Shown: positions 16,663-27,427 of the stretch, in pieces
How positions within the stretch are numbered: position 1 is the stretch's first letter
Layout of the letters: each line of letters opens with the position of its first letter
Assembly (NCBI GenBank): GCA_040384565.1
Contig: JAZKJC010000023.1
Coordinates: 1,481-65,480, forward strand
Direction of reading: 5' to 3'
Source: Patescibacteria group bacterium
GTDB lineage: Bacteria > Patescibacteriota > Saccharimonadia > Saccharimonadales > JAZKJC01
DNA length: 64,000 nucleotides
Translations under genes and position numbers: made by a program
Notes under the pieces: model-generated
Told to the model about the DNA's origin: nothing
Database searches by the model: none
Seen by the model: the letters and a program-made list of their open reading frames with translations, nothing else

Positions 16663-19032
16663 CTAGAGGCTGGCTAGAATTTTTTTGAGTGGGGCTCCGC
16701 TCTTAATTAATGCCGCTACCTCCCCATTCTTTGTGTTGCTGCTAGTATTGCCAATTATATCTTTGAGTGTCTGCGCGTAGAGTTCATGCGAGTACTTACG
16801 TCTTACCAAAGCCACGCCAGCAGAGCTCATAACACTGCGTTTAGCCGGATGGGTGATTAAATCTTCCAGAACCCTTACTACGTCATCGAGATTATCTACT
16901 CTTGCGAGAGCGCTCTCTGGCATTTCCCGGTACCATCCAACGTTTCTGACAATTGGTACGACTCCGTAGCGCATTGCTTCTAACACTGTCAGTGATGTCT
17001 CTCCCCTGTATTCCAGACGGAAATTAACCAGAATGTCCTGCTGCGACAAGAGCGTTTGGAATTCAAAATCAGATGGGTTTGTAATGAGATTAACCCGTGG
17101 CAACTTACTAAGCTGATTTATTGATTCCGGTTTGAGAAAATCATAACCAAAGAGGTTGATAGTACACTGCTCAAACCGGACATCATGCGCAATATGGTTG
17201 ATAATTTCCAAGCCTTTGACGTCAGCAAGTATGCCAGCAAAACCGATTTTGATACCTTCTTTTGAGCGATCAACAAAACTTTTGAACGGCGCGGCAAGTG
17301 GAAGGTCAATAGTTTTAACTATAGTTTCCGGATTAGCTAGGACTTGCTTAGCGGCCTTTTCGGCATATTCTGAATGGCACAATACACCCAAGGAAGCATT
17401 GAGGAGGGTTGTCAGGAAGCTACTGGTTGGTGGATCTATCCTGTCACTCAGTTGCCTTTCCAGCTCAACCCGCTTTTCAGTCATATAGCCATCTACCTGA
17501 GTACGTGAATAAGCGCCGTGCAAGAATGTATCATGCAAAATCAGAAAACCCGGCAAGTGCAAAGCATTCTTAATTGTCTCAAGATGGTAATCACTGTTGC
17601 CAATATGGTAAACAACTGCATCATAATCAGCATAGCGCTTGGCATTGAACTCAATTGCATCGTAACAGCGCGCCACGGCCGACAAATATTCCGGCCGGAC
17701 TTCTTTATGGTACAGGCCGTAGTCAAAATAGTACTCCACCTCAAACTCTTCTGTCATAGCAGCGTGGCTTTCTGCAACAACTTTGCCGATGGCAGAATAT
17801 CCAGCGGGGTGTGGAGTAAAAATTGCTATTTTGGGCTTTTGTTTTTCTTCTAACTGGGGCGATAAGGTATCGACAGCATCGAGAAACAAACTGGCTGTGC
17901 GTGGCCATGTGTACTTTTTGAGGATACGTTTGTATGTTTCTTTTCTTTTTTGGCTAAGACTGTCACCAACGGCAATAGTCATAACCTCTGCGATATTTTC
18001 AGGTTCAAGATGGTTGAAGTAGTAGAAAGCACTTGTAGAAATTTCCCTGAAAACTGGGATGTCGGAACAGGCAATTTTTTTACCCACCGTCATAGCTTCG
18101 AGTACCGGCAAACCCAAGCCTTCGTATTCAGTAGCAAATAGGACAAGTTCGGCATATTTGTAGAGCCAAAGTAGTTCAGCCTCTGAAACATTTCCTGTAA
18201 AAACCAAGTTATCTGAATAGTGGTTTAACTCTTCAATGGTCTTCGGACTGAAAAAAGATGTCAAAACAAGCTTATACTCACCTTTATTGGCAGCACTGAA
18301 TCTATCAAATGATTTAACTGCTCGGAGATTATTTTTACGTAGCTCATCACCAGAGGGCATCAATATAAACTTGGTGCCAACGTCTATGTCAGGTTTGACA
18401 GCTTTTAAGTTTTTCCGATTAATTGGCGCGCCATCAATGCTGACAAGTTTGCGTTCCGGAATACCCAAGTAAACCGCCATGTCATTAGCAACAGTCTGTG
18501 AAATAGTCAGAATAAGGTCGGCCTCAAAGATTGCTTCAAAATTTGCCAAATAGTCTTCATAGACAATGCGCGGAATATAGCGTTCGCTATAAAGCAGAGG
18601 GATAAGGTCATAGAATAATAGAATATTACGGGTATTTTTTGGAAACACAACACACGTGGCTTCGCCCAAAAATAAAGATAGTACAAGGTAGTCAATATTA
18701 GTGTTGTTATTGAATGTTTTTTCAAGATACTGACTTATTAGATCTTTATTGTGCTGTAAGTAGCGTGTAATTCGTTTGTTGTGAACGTCAGCCAGTGGCA
18801 AATAAGAGAACTCCCCAGTTTTGCAAATCTCTTTTAGGGCTGCTTTGCAATCATCAGGCATTGCCAAATTTTTGTTAAAGACAAACACGACTCGCTGGTA
18901 TTTTTCAATCTTCTGATTGCGAAACACAGCAGTCAAAAAACTCAGCGAGTATTTGCCCATGCCGCGATGCCAGGCATCAGTCTGAAATAACTGACAATCT
19001 ATTATTAATACATGCTCAGATGACTTAGCCAC
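16663..19032 (-). CDS. Dual-domain GT-B glycosyltransferase (two GT4-like modules)
   Basis: 789 aa; two separate E(G/T)..L..LEAM motifs (EYEGLGLPVLEAM, GETSLTVLEAMRYG). Confidence 0.7.
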   Translation of the reverse strand: MAKSSEHVLIIDCQLFQTDAWHRGMGKYSLSFLTAVFRNQKIEKYQRVVFVFNKNLAMPDDCKAALKEICKTGEFSYLPLADVHNKRITRYLQHNKDLISQYLEKTFNNNTNIDYLVLSLFLGEATCVVFPKNTRNILLFYDLIPLLYSERYIPRIVYEDYLANFEAIFEADLILTISQTVANDMAVYLGIPERKLVSIDGAPINRKNLKAVKPDIDVGTKFILMPSGDELRKNNLRAVKSFDRFSAANKGEYKLVLTSFFSPKTIEELNHYSDNLVFTGNVSEAELLWLYKYAELVLFATEYEGLGLPVLEAMTVGKKIACSDIPVFREISTSAFYYFNHLEPENIAEVMTIAVGDSLSQKRKETYKRILKKYTWPRTASLFLDAVDTLSPQLEEKQKPKIAIFTPHPAGYSAIGKVVAESHAAMTEEFEVEYYFDYGLYHKEVRPEYLSAVARCYDAIEFNAKRYADYDAVVYHIGNSDYHLETIKNALHLPGFLILHDTFLHGAYSRTQVDGYMTEKRVELERQLSDRIDPPTSSFLTTLLNASLGVLCHSEYAEKAAKQVLANPETIVKTIDLPLAAPFKSFVDRSKEGIKIGFAGILADVKGLEIINHIAHDVRFEQCTINLFGYDFLKPESINQLSKLPRVNLITNPSDFEFQTLLSQQDILVNFRLEYRGETSLTVLEAMRYGVVPIVRNVGWYREMPESALARVDNLDDVVRVLEDLITHPAKRSVMSSAGVALVRRKYSHELYAQTLKDIIGNTSSNTKNGEVAALIKSGAPLKKILASL

Positions 19033-20188
19033 GTTTTCTCCCCATCCGTCTTAATGTTTGTAAAGTCCGAAAGCCAAATTTGAGTGGTAGTTTGATGGCC
19101 TTTTTGGCAAGCTTGTAGCTAAACAGCACGGTATTGTACGCATACTGACCCTTGAACGAACCGCTGGCTTTACCGAAAGTATAATAATTTTGTAGGTCAA
19201 CTTTCCGAGCGGTTATGAGCAATTCTTCGTCGGAAAGTTTTGCTATATCTGTGTCAATTTCTATGTTTCGGCTAGCGTGTTTGCGTTTGGGATGACTAAA
19301 ACGACTAATCTGAATCATGAAAATTTTATCGACTGCCTGGGTTAAGTTTTTAAACGCAATACGGAACCGTTTGGTCTCCGCCAATAAAGCATCACGATGA
19401 ACAATTTCGCGCCTTAGTTCAAACTCTCGGGCTTCTTGTAAGCCGATATCCTGCTTCAGACTTCTGACAGTGTTTTTGTAGGTCATGATCTGTTCATGAT
19501 CTTTATAAAAGATAACGTTCTCGCCAAGAGCAAACTTGACATAAGAAAAGGCTGCAGTTCTGTGCTTGGATGATGAGTAATACTCGTTCAAACCATCAAA
19601 AAAAATTAGCTCATAGCCAGCTTTGGTAAGGATGGGCCGCCAGTCATGAACGACATGATTGGCTTCAATGCAAATCACCTCCGGGCGATATTTAACCCAG
19701 TCGTTTCCTCGTAATGCATTGTATTCGTAGCCTTCTATGTCAATTTTAAGAAAATGTATTATGTATGGCTTGTGTTTTTCAAAGAGCTCTTGAAGCGTAA
19801 TGACTTCAACTACGTCGTCATGGAATTTAGTGGTTACTGCATTACTCTTTGTACTATATTCTTTTTTCATTTCTTCAGAGAATGTCGACAAGCCGTCACC
19901 CTCTTCATATACCCGAAGTTTTAATGTTCCTTGTTTGTCGGCAATACCAACATTGACATTCGTGTCGTCAAGCCTTTCCTCAGAAAGCAAACGGTACATT
20001 TCTTTGTTGGGCTCAACATTGATACCACGCCATCCGCGATTATAAAAGTATTTTGTAACAGAATCCTCAGTTGGGTGATGGGCGCCAATATCCACATAAA
20101 AACCATGCTCAATATCCGGGAAAAAGGCTGCGAGAATCACATCTTCCCTGTTTTGTGCAAACGATATTATTTTGTGCTCTGCGTTCAT
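19025..20188 (-). CDS. FkbM-family methyltransferase with C-terminal extension
   Basis: 387 aa; FYVDIGAHHPTEDSVTKYF and LKIDIEGYEYNAL motifs. Confidence 0.7.
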   Translation of the reverse strand: MNAEHKIISFAQNREDVILAAFFPDIEHGFYVDIGAHHPTEDSVTKYFYNRGWRGINVEPNKEMYRLLSEERLDDTNVNVGIADKQGTLKLRVYEEGDGLSTFSEEMKKEYSTKSNAVTTKFHDDVVEVITLQELFEKHKPYIIHFLKIDIEGYEYNALRGNDWVKYRPEVICIEANHVVHDWRPILTKAGYELIFFDGLNEYYSSSKHRTAAFSYVKFALGENVIFYKDHEQIMTYKNTVRSLKQDIGLQEAREFELRREIVHRDALLAETKRFRIAFKNLTQAVDKIFMIQISRFSHPKRKHASRNIEIDTDIAKLSDEELLITARKVDLQNYYTFGKASGSFKGQYAYNTVLFSYKLAKKAIKLPLKFGFRTLQTLRRMGRKRG

Positions 20189-21366
20189 TATTTTATACCC
20201 AGTTCATCAACAAGCAGTTGGGCAGATGCATCCCATGTATATTTCCGCGCCTGCTGCTTTCCTTTATCGGATAACTCTTTGCGAAGCCAAAAATCTTCGA
20301 GAAGTTTTCTTATTTTATCAGAAATGTCCTGTTCACTGTCTGCATCCACCAAGAGCGCAGCATCACCCACAACCTCTGGTAAAGCAGAGTTGTTAGCGAC
20401 GATTACCGGTGTCCCACATGCCATAGCCTGGAGTGGGGATAAACCAAAACCTTCATATAATGCCGGATGTACGAGTAGCGTAGCTCCACTATGTAAAGCG
20501 GGCAGGTCCTTGTCTGCGACATATTTATCAGGTTTGATAATGTCATAGCCCTCAGCTTGCGCGGCAGCTATTTCCTCTAATATAGGCTCGTTCAGCCAAC
20601 CACCGCCGCCCACTAACAGCAGGCTGTATTGACTGCGCAGATTCTCGGGCAACAGTTTGTAAGCAGCAATAAGCCGGGAAATATTTTTACGGGGTTCTAT
20701 ATTACCAAGATACAAAATATATTTTTTGCTTATGCCTAGGCTTTTTTTAAGTTGGGCAACTTTGTCCTCGGCACGCTTGTAAAAGATACTTGTGTCAACG
20801 CCACACGGCACTAATAAGGTTTTTGCCGGATCAACCACCAAGTTCTCAATTATCTCTGTTTGAGAGTTCTTGGAAATAGCCAGGACTTTATCAGTTCTTT
20901 TTACCCATTTATTGATGTTTTTTGCCAGGAATTTTTGGTTTTTTGGGCTAACAAATTGTGGATATAGCAGATAACTAATATCACAAACAAACGTCATGGA
21001 TTTGGAAAACATCAACCGCCAGTTTTTATAATTAGGGAAGATGTATATCCCCTTGCCAACCCAAATGTCCACTGGGGGCAAAAGATCAAACTTCCATATG
21101 ATATTAAAAAGCCGCATAGGGATTGGGATGGATTTGTAGCGGACTGCCTGAAACCCCCAACGCTTAAGACTTTTTTTTCTGTCCCACGCTACGGTTAGAA
21201 TAATTTCAAATTTTTTTTGGTTATCAGGGTGTTTTTCGAGCGCCCTGATGAGCTCCAAAGTCATATGCCCAATGCCACTAATGTGCGCTTCTGTGAGACA
21301 TGACACTTCGATGAAAACTTTACGAACTTCCATTGGCTTTTTCCCGCAACTCTTCGTAAGCGGCAA
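20188..21366 (-). CDS. Family-4 glycosyltransferase
   Basis: 392 aa; LYEGFGLSPLQAMACGTPVIV motif; the start is probably the internal MEVRKVF. Confidence 0.8.
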   Translation of the reverse strand: MPLTKSCGKKPMEVRKVFIEVSCLTEAHISGIGHMTLELIRALEKHPDNQKKFEIILTVAWDRKKSLKRWGFQAVRYKSIPIPMRLFNIIWKFDLLPPVDIWVGKGIYIFPNYKNWRLMFSKSMTFVCDISYLLYPQFVSPKNQKFLAKNINKWVKRTDKVLAISKNSQTEIIENLVVDPAKTLLVPCGVDTSIFYKRAEDKVAQLKKSLGISKKYILYLGNIEPRKNISRLIAAYKLLPENLRSQYSLLLVGGGGWLNEPILEEIAAAQAEGYDIIKPDKYVADKDLPALHSGATLLVHPALYEGFGLSPLQAMACGTPVIVANNSALPEVVGDAALLVDADSEQDISDKIRKLLEDFWLRKELSDKGKQQARKYTWDASAQLLVDELGIK

Positions 21367-22363
21367 TCAAGATTGACATATCCTTGTTGTAAGACCTAAA
21401 TAAGCTGTCTTGCATCCGGTTTTCGCTGACGTCTAGATGAAAGCCTTTGTCTTCTTCAAAGAAAGATGCTACAACCAAGCCATCACCACTAAAAGACTCA
21501 TGAATCGCATGCTCAACAATGATGTGCCCGCCTAATTCTTTGATTTTTTCTATACATTTTTCGTGCGTCAAAACATCGTTAGAAATAAGGTAGTGGTGTG
21601 TTGAGACTATGAGGAACCGAACCTTACCTTGTTTAATAGACTGTTCAGCGCCTTCTATGGTATCTAGCTCGACACCCTGGATATCCATGTGGATTATATC
21701 GAGCCTTGGGATTTTGTATTCAGCAACAATACCGTCAACAGACCTGATTGCCACGTCAACGGGTTCAAAATCACCCTCTTGAGGCTTAAAGCTTATAATT
21801 TTGCCGTCTTCCTTACCCGCAGCGGCGTTAATGAAAGTAATATTTTCCAATTTATTTATCTTTACGTTCCTTTGCCCGAGGGCAAGGTTCTTAGGGTCTG
21901 GTTCGCAGCAGTAGTTTGTGCTCCTTTTTATTTCTTTGTTAAACCACATGGAATAGTAAGCCCAGTAAGACCCCAGCTCTATCATGGTGGCTTTTGCTGG
22001 TAGAAGTTTTAGAAGTTCGTAAAATACCTTTTCTTCTTGAGGTTCGTGGTGGCCTTTCAGCGTAGTGATTGTTTCGGACATCCAGTCACCAAAGTACCCA
22101 CCATGTTCTACCAATAGCCCGTTATGCATAATCTGGTATTCATTTCCATCTACGGTGATTATTTTGCCGGCATTTTTTACTTTAGGTATGTGGTCACTAT
22201 CACGGCACGAAGTTGTCATGTGTATTCGAAATGCTGAATCTTTCCCAATCCCGCTTGGGTGGTTAACCAAAAGGCTTACCCATGGTTCATAGTGTTTCTC
22301 CTCCGTAACATTTTTTCTCCTGGAAACTAGCGGAGTTATGAGTTTTTTAATACGCTTTTTCAA
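21320..22363 (-). CDS. FkbM-family methyltransferase (second copy)
   Basis: 347 aa; MIELGSYWAYYSMWF and IIHMDIQGVELD motifs. Confidence 0.6.
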   Translation of the reverse strand: MKKRIKKLITPLVSRRKNVTEEKHYEPWVSLLVNHPSGIGKDSAFRIHMTTSCRDSDHIPKVKNAGKIITVDGNEYQIMHNGLLVEHGGYFGDWMSETITTLKGHHEPQEEKVFYELLKLLPAKATMIELGSYWAYYSMWFNKEIKRSTNYCCEPDPKNLALGQRNVKINKLENITFINAAAGKEDGKIISFKPQEGDFEPVDVAIRSVDGIVAEYKIPRLDIIHMDIQGVELDTIEGAEQSIKQGKVRFLIVSTHHYLISNDVLTHEKCIEKIKELGGHIIVEHAIHESFSGDGLVVASFFEEDKGFHLDVSENRMQDSLFRSYNKDMSILIAAYEELREKANGSS

Positions 22364-23574
22364 CTATGAACCTCCCAGCTAAACTCAACAGGCAGGTCGA
22401 TCACATAAGGAATATGTTGAGCTTTTTTTATGGTTAACTCCGCCGCATCAACCCACCAATCAGCAATTACTGACCCATTGTTTCTGAGCGCCGCTATGGT
22501 GACCTTGTAGTCACCGTCGTTAAAAACATTAATCATGTCGAATGTTATTTTATACTCCTTTCCTTTCACGTAAGGCCCTATGAAACTGCCCAGTATCTGA
22601 GTATTAGTCCCGCATATTTGTTTATCCAAGCTATCAGTAAAATAGTATCCGACTATTGGATCTTGGATATCTTGTTTTGCTTTTAGTATGAACTCCAGGC
22701 GAAGTTTATCTTTATCCGTTTTGATAATCTTTGGGGATAAAATCTCTGCTGAAGCATCTCCCCAGCGCTCCAGCTTTTTCTTTCCATTTTCTGATAGTTT
22801 TTGTTTGCCCTCGTCATCTTTAGCCAAAAAAAGCTTGGAGTACTCACCGGCAACTTTTGCTGCTGTGCCAATGGTTACAAGATGGCTTTTTTCGATTAAG
22901 GCTGCCCCATCACAGTATTCCCTGACGGCGTTCATATCATGGGTCACAAATATAACCGTTGTCTCACTGCCTTTCAATTTTTTGAAATAATCAAAACACT
23001 TTCGTTGGAAGTCTGCATCACCAACTGCAAGAACTTCATCAATCAATAGTATGTCGGCCTTGGCCGTGGTTGCTACAGAAAAAGCCAGGCGGACTTGCAT
23101 ACCAGAGGAATAGTTCTTGAGCTTTTGGTCCATAAAATCTTTCAGCTCTGCAAAGGCAACAATATGATCATATTGCCCGTCTATTTGCTTTTTTGTAAAA
23201 CCCATTAATGCGCCGTTCAGATAGACATTTTCCCGCCCGGTCAGTTCCGGATTAAAGCCAACACCTAGCTCAATGAATGGCACCAGTTTCCCGACTGTCG
23301 TAATCCTACCTGAGTTTGGTTGGTAGACGCCTGCAAGCATTTTGAGGAGCGTGCTTTTGCCACTGCCATTGCGCCCAACAATGCCAAAGAATTCACCTTT
23401 TTTTACTTCAAATGAAATGTCTTGTAGGGCGTGTTGAACCTTATAGCCATGTCGGTTTTTCCGAAATAGTTTATTGGTAAATAGCCCTTTCACCGTAGAA
23501 ATATTTTCGTGGGGTAATTTGAAGTCTTTGGAAACGTGGTTGACCCTAACGGCAAACTCATCTGCTTGTTTCAT
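22360..23574 (-). CDS. wzt: Polysaccharide ABC exporter ATP-binding protein with C-terminal glycan-binding-type domain (Wzt/TagH-like)
   Basis: 404 aa; Walker A GRNGSGKST, signature YSSGMQVRL, Walker B ILLIDEVLAVGD; about 150-aa C-terminal beta-rich extension. Confidence 0.8.
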   Translation of the reverse strand: MKQADEFAVRVNHVSKDFKLPHENISTVKGLFTNKLFRKNRHGYKVQHALQDISFEVKKGEFFGIVGRNGSGKSTLLKMLAGVYQPNSGRITTVGKLVPFIELGVGFNPELTGRENVYLNGALMGFTKKQIDGQYDHIVAFAELKDFMDQKLKNYSSGMQVRLAFSVATTAKADILLIDEVLAVGDADFQRKCFDYFKKLKGSETTVIFVTHDMNAVREYCDGAALIEKSHLVTIGTAAKVAGEYSKLFLAKDDEGKQKLSENGKKKLERWGDASAEILSPKIIKTDKDKLRLEFILKAKQDIQDPIVGYYFTDSLDKQICGTNTQILGSFIGPYVKGKEYKITFDMINVFNDGDYKVTIAALRNNGSVIADWWVDAAELTIKKAQHIPYVIDLPVEFSWEVHS

Positions 23575-24378
23575 CTAGAGCTCCTCCGCAAAATACTTTG
23601 AACGGCGTCTAAAAAACGAAGTGGACAATACAAGAATTATGATAATTATTCCTACCGGCATCACTCGTATAAAATGCGTGCCATACAAATCATCTATGGT
23701 TGTTGTCTGCTGCGTCACGACTAGATAACGCATGTCCTGGATAATTTGCGCCATGGGATTAAGCATTAATATTTTGGCTGCTTTTGGTGGCACCAGTGAA
23801 AGCGGGTATAAAATAGGCGTCGCATAAAAAGCTCCTTGTATCACTACTTCCCAAATATGGGCAATATCGCGAAATCGAACGTACAAGGCGCTCAAGAAAA
23901 ATGCCAAGGCAAGTGCAAGCACAAAAAGTTCTATAAGTAGTAGGGGGACTAATATGGCGAGCGGGGAAACCTCCACCTTGCTTATAACCATAAAAAACCC
24001 TATAACCAGTGTGTTGATACCAAGGTTGATAAGGGCAGAAAAAGAGCCTGACAAGACAATGACATATTTGGGGAAGTTAAGCTTCCTCAGCAGGTCGCCG
24101 CGCCCTACGATAGAGCCAACACTACTGCTGGTAACTTCTGTGAAATAACTCCACAACACAATACCCAGGAGCAAATAAACTGGGTAGTCGGGTATGGCCT
24201 CACCGATTTTCAGAAATTTGGCAAAAACTATATACAAAATGAGAAAAAGTGCTAGCGGCCTGAGCAATGACCACAAATAGCCAAGTACTGAGCCTTGATA
24301 GCGTAATTTGAAATCAGTTTTGACAAGTTCTTTCAGCAGGATTACTGCGTAGGAATACCTCTGTTTTAGTTGCTCCAT
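23575..24378 (-). CDS. wzm: ABC-2 type polysaccharide exporter permease (Wzm/TagG-like)
   Basis: 267 aa, six hydrophobic segments, directly upstream of and abutting the ATPase gene. Confidence 0.8.
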   Translation of the reverse strand: MEQLKQRYSYAVILLKELVKTDFKLRYQGSVLGYLWSLLRPLALFLILYIVFAKFLKIGEAIPDYPVYLLLGIVLWSYFTEVTSSSVGSIVGRGDLLRKLNFPKYVIVLSGSFSALINLGINTLVIGFFMVISKVEVSPLAILVPLLLIELFVLALALAFFLSALYVRFRDIAHIWEVVIQGAFYATPILYPLSLVPPKAAKILMLNPMAQIIQDMRYLVVTQQTTTIDDLYGTHFIRVMPVGIIIIILVLSTSFFRRRSKYFAEEL

Positions 24379-24445
24379 ATTTGTACTATTTTAACTCTTT
24401 TGAACAGATAGAGCAAAGGTGATTTAGGGCTAAGACTGTACGGCG

Positions 24446-25051
24446 CTATTTATTTGATTGCAAGCTATCAAAGGATGTATTAAATACGTTGAAGGTAGCA
24501 TTGTCTTTGTCGTCGTCACAAGGCATCCCGTTGCCATGCCTGAACAAGTAGCCATAACCATCAATAACCTTGAATTCTTGCGGGTTACTTTTGGCTGCCT
24601 CCTCGAAGCTAACTAGGGTGTAGCCACCGTTGACAGGTATCTGTTCATCAGCAGTGAAACGTTGAATGTTCTGAAAAGAAAGAGTGCTGGGACCATAGTA
24701 TTTTTGGCAAGCTAACGAACTATCGAGCCTGCTTGTGGACAGGAAAGCGTTTGAGCCCCCATATATGCTGTTAGTGGTAATTTTATACGTAGGTTTTCCT
24801 GATAAACCAATGACATCCATTTTTACGCCCCATTCAGTAATTTCCAGTTGTTGAATTTGAGCAGTTTGGTTGGGTTGTTGTGCTATTGTCTCTGAATTTG
24901 CTACTCCCTGCGAAGTGTTGGGTATAGCCTGCCTGCTTTGGTACCGGCTTCGCCAGACCATCCAACCCGTTCCAGCAACAGCAATTATTAAAACTAGAGC
25001 AAGGATGACTGCTAATACCCCAAAGCCTTGTTGATATGTTTTAGTTTTCAT
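24446..25051 (-). CDS. Membrane-anchored protein with degenerate pilin-like N-terminus
   Basis: 201 aa. QQGFGVLAVILALVLIIAVAGTGWMVWRS resembles the N-terminus of 33335-34027 but lacks Glu at +5. Confidence 0.4.
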   Translation of the reverse strand: MKTKTYQQGFGVLAVILALVLIIAVAGTGWMVWRSRYQSRQAIPNTSQGVANSETIAQQPNQTAQIQQLEITEWGVKMDVIGLSGKPTYKITTNSIYGGSNAFLSTSRLDSSLACQKYYGPSTLSFQNIQRFTADEQIPVNGGYTLVSFEEAAKSNPQEFKVIDGYGYLFRHGNGMPCDDDKDNATFNVFNTSFDSLQSNK

Positions 25052-25075
25052 AATTTATAGTATACAAAAAATAAT

Positions 25076-27367
25076 TTAATTGCCGCCAACGGCTGCAATG
25101 CCGACAATTGGCTGGAATAGAGGTAAGCCACCTAATGAACCGTAGTTAATAGCTCCGTAGCTGAAGCTACCGCCATCGGCTGCAGCCATGGTGTAACCGC
25201 CGGTTGGGAATCTGGCCATGCCTTTAATGGGCTGAACGAGTGGTAAGTTCCCAGCCGAGCCATATCCTACTGCGTCACCAAAGGGGAATATGCCTCCATC
25301 AGCGGCAACTAACCAGTAACCGTTGCCACTGGCGGTACGCTCCATGCCTACAATAGGTTTAGCAAGATTAATATTACCCGTAGAACCGTAGCCAACTGCG
25401 TCACCAAAGGGGAATATGCCTCCATCAGCGGCAACTAACCAGTAACCGTTGCCTGACGCAGTACGTGCCATACCAACTACCGGTTGCCTAAGATTAATAT
25501 TACCTGTTGAGCCTCTTCCGACTGCGTCACCAAATGGGAAGATACCGCCATCGGCTGCGACTAGCCAGTAACCGTTGCCACTAGGAGATGCTTCCATGCC
25601 TACAATAGGTTTAAAGAGTCTCACATTCCCGGTTGAGCCTAAGCCGCCTTTTGCATTTCCAAATGGGAAGATGCCACCGTCTGCTGCGACAAGCCAATAC
25701 CCTCCACCGTTAGGAGTACTGGCCATTCCTACCATAGGCTGGTTCAAGCGGATATTGCCGGTTGAACCGTAACCCCTGGCTTCTCCGAATGGGAAGATAC
25801 CACCGTCACTTGCTACCATCCAATATCCTTTACCCGCTTCACCTGTTGGACCATCCAGCAGGTCTGTCGCTGCCCATGATCCTGTCTGTCTGGGGTCCTT
25901 GCGGTTCATATGCCAGCCTTTTGCTCCCAGAACGGCATTGTCCGCAGCCTCAAACTCGTAACGACGCAAAACCCCTATATGCCCTGAAGGCTTTTCACCC
26001 GCAACCACAATATCAATCAGGCCATCGCTATCCAGATCTGTAACCAGAGGAGAATTTCTAAATACTACTCCGTCACCTCCATAACTCAGGGTGTATAGCT
26101 CGTTGCCATTTTTGCCATCAAAAATATGAATGCCATTAGCCGTGGGGACTAGGGCATCTTGGCCGCCATCGTTATTTACATCCGCGGTTACAATCTGACC
26201 AATAACTAATGATCCTCCTGAAGCCCGAGGATAACCAGGCAGAGGTTCTCCTGTTACTCCATCCAAAATCCATACTCGTCCGTCATTGGTGTCTGCGGGA
26301 GGATTACAAGGCCGTTGCCAACCACCTATTGCCACATCAAGCCGGCCATCACCATTAAAGTCCGCCATAGTTGGCGACGCCATGGTTTGCGCGCCAATGT
26401 CCTTAGACCATATTAAAGTTCCATTCCGCCTAACCGCAAAGATTTTTGAGCAATCCGTAGCACCACCGGGTTGTCTTGCCCAGTAATTTCCGGTACCAAA
26501 CACAATTTCTATATCACCATCTCCAGTAATATCTCCGATACTGGGCGATGAACGCACAATCTCGTTGGTGTGGAATGCCCATAGCTGTTGGTTTTTGCCG
26601 GTAAGTGCCCGCACCATACCACCACGGTGATCAACAGGGGGCCCTGGTGATGAATCCCCTGGCATAATTATTTCTGTCTGGCCATCACCAGTAATATCAG
26701 CCAGTGCCGGAGAACCATATATTGTGTCATCCCAATAAAGCGGCCAGTTATAGTTCGTCCCGCCATTGCTGGCATTAAGTGACCACGCCCTTAGCCCAAG
26801 CACGCCAAAACTGGCATCGGCAACACCGTCTTTGTTCACATCTCCAAGTGCGGGTGAAGCAAACACTGAGGGTCGGCCACACTGACTACCCTCAAAAGGA
26901 GCATCGTCTGGGAGAATCCTTGGGCTAAAACGCCACGGGCCCCAGGCTGCAAATGAGTACAAACCGCCGTCCCCTTGGCATTCTACTTCTGAGCCACCAG
27001 CCCCAAGGAAAATATCATCATTACCATCCTGGTCAACATCACCAACAGACACGCTATTGGTTGGCGCACTAAGCGTCTCCAGTGTCCAGCCATCATCACC
27101 ATTAAATATACGCGCATCACTTGGTGTCAAACTATTGCCATAAGGTACTGCGGAGCCCAGCACAATATCCAACGAGCCACCGTTTGATTGCATGGGGATT
27201 GGAGAAGAATAGGTAAACGGATTATTGGGAAATTCTTTGGTCCACACAAGTTGTGGCGTAGCAAAGGCTTTAGCGGGACTATTAATGAATAGAAACGTAT
27301 AGCTAGGAGCCATCAAAATAACCAAAAACAGAATTTTTCTCAAAGTTTGTCTAAAAAGCATAGACAT
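25076..27367 (-). CDS. Secreted FG-GAP/VCBS-repeat protein with six C-terminal 42-aa GYWLVAADGGIFPFGDA repeats
   Basis: 763 aa; signal peptide; D.DGDG/ADVNNDG calcium-loop-like FG-GAP motifs. The C-terminal 250 aa is a 42-aa tandem repeat (126-bp DNA period). Confidence 0.7.
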   Translation of the reverse strand: MSMLFRQTLRKILFLVILMAPSYTFLFINSPAKAFATPQLVWTKEFPNNPFTYSSPIPMQSNGGSLDIVLGSAVPYGNSLTPSDARIFNGDDGWTLETLSAPTNSVSVGDVDQDGNDDIFLGAGGSEVECQGDGGLYSFAAWGPWRFSPRILPDDAPFEGSQCGRPSVFASPALGDVNKDGVADASFGVLGLRAWSLNASNGGTNYNWPLYWDDTIYGSPALADITGDGQTEIIMPGDSSPGPPVDHRGGMVRALTGKNQQLWAFHTNEIVRSSPSIGDITGDGDIEIVFGTGNYWARQPGGATDCSKIFAVRRNGTLIWSKDIGAQTMASPTMADFNGDGRLDVAIGGWQRPCNPPADTNDGRVWILDGVTGEPLPGYPRASGGSLVIGQIVTADVNNDGGQDALVPTANGIHIFDGKNGNELYTLSYGGDGVVFRNSPLVTDLDSDGLIDIVVAGEKPSGHIGVLRRYEFEAADNAVLGAKGWHMNRKDPRQTGSWAATDLLDGPTGEAGKGYWMVASDGGIFPFGEARGYGSTGNIRLNQPMVGMASTPNGGGYWLVAADGGIFPFGNAKGGLGSTGNVRLFKPIVGMEASPSGNGYWLVAADGGIFPFGDAVGRGSTGNINLRQPVVGMARTASGNGYWLVAADGGIFPFGDAVGYGSTGNINLAKPIVGMERTASGNGYWLVAADGGIFPFGDAVGYGSAGNLPLVQPIKGMARFPTGGYTMAAADGGSFSYGAINYGSLGGLPLFQPIVGIAAVGGN

Positions 27368-27427
27368 TATTATATAGGATAGCTACATTTCTGCAGTTAT
27401 TAACCCAAGTTGAGTATTAAAGTTGCA

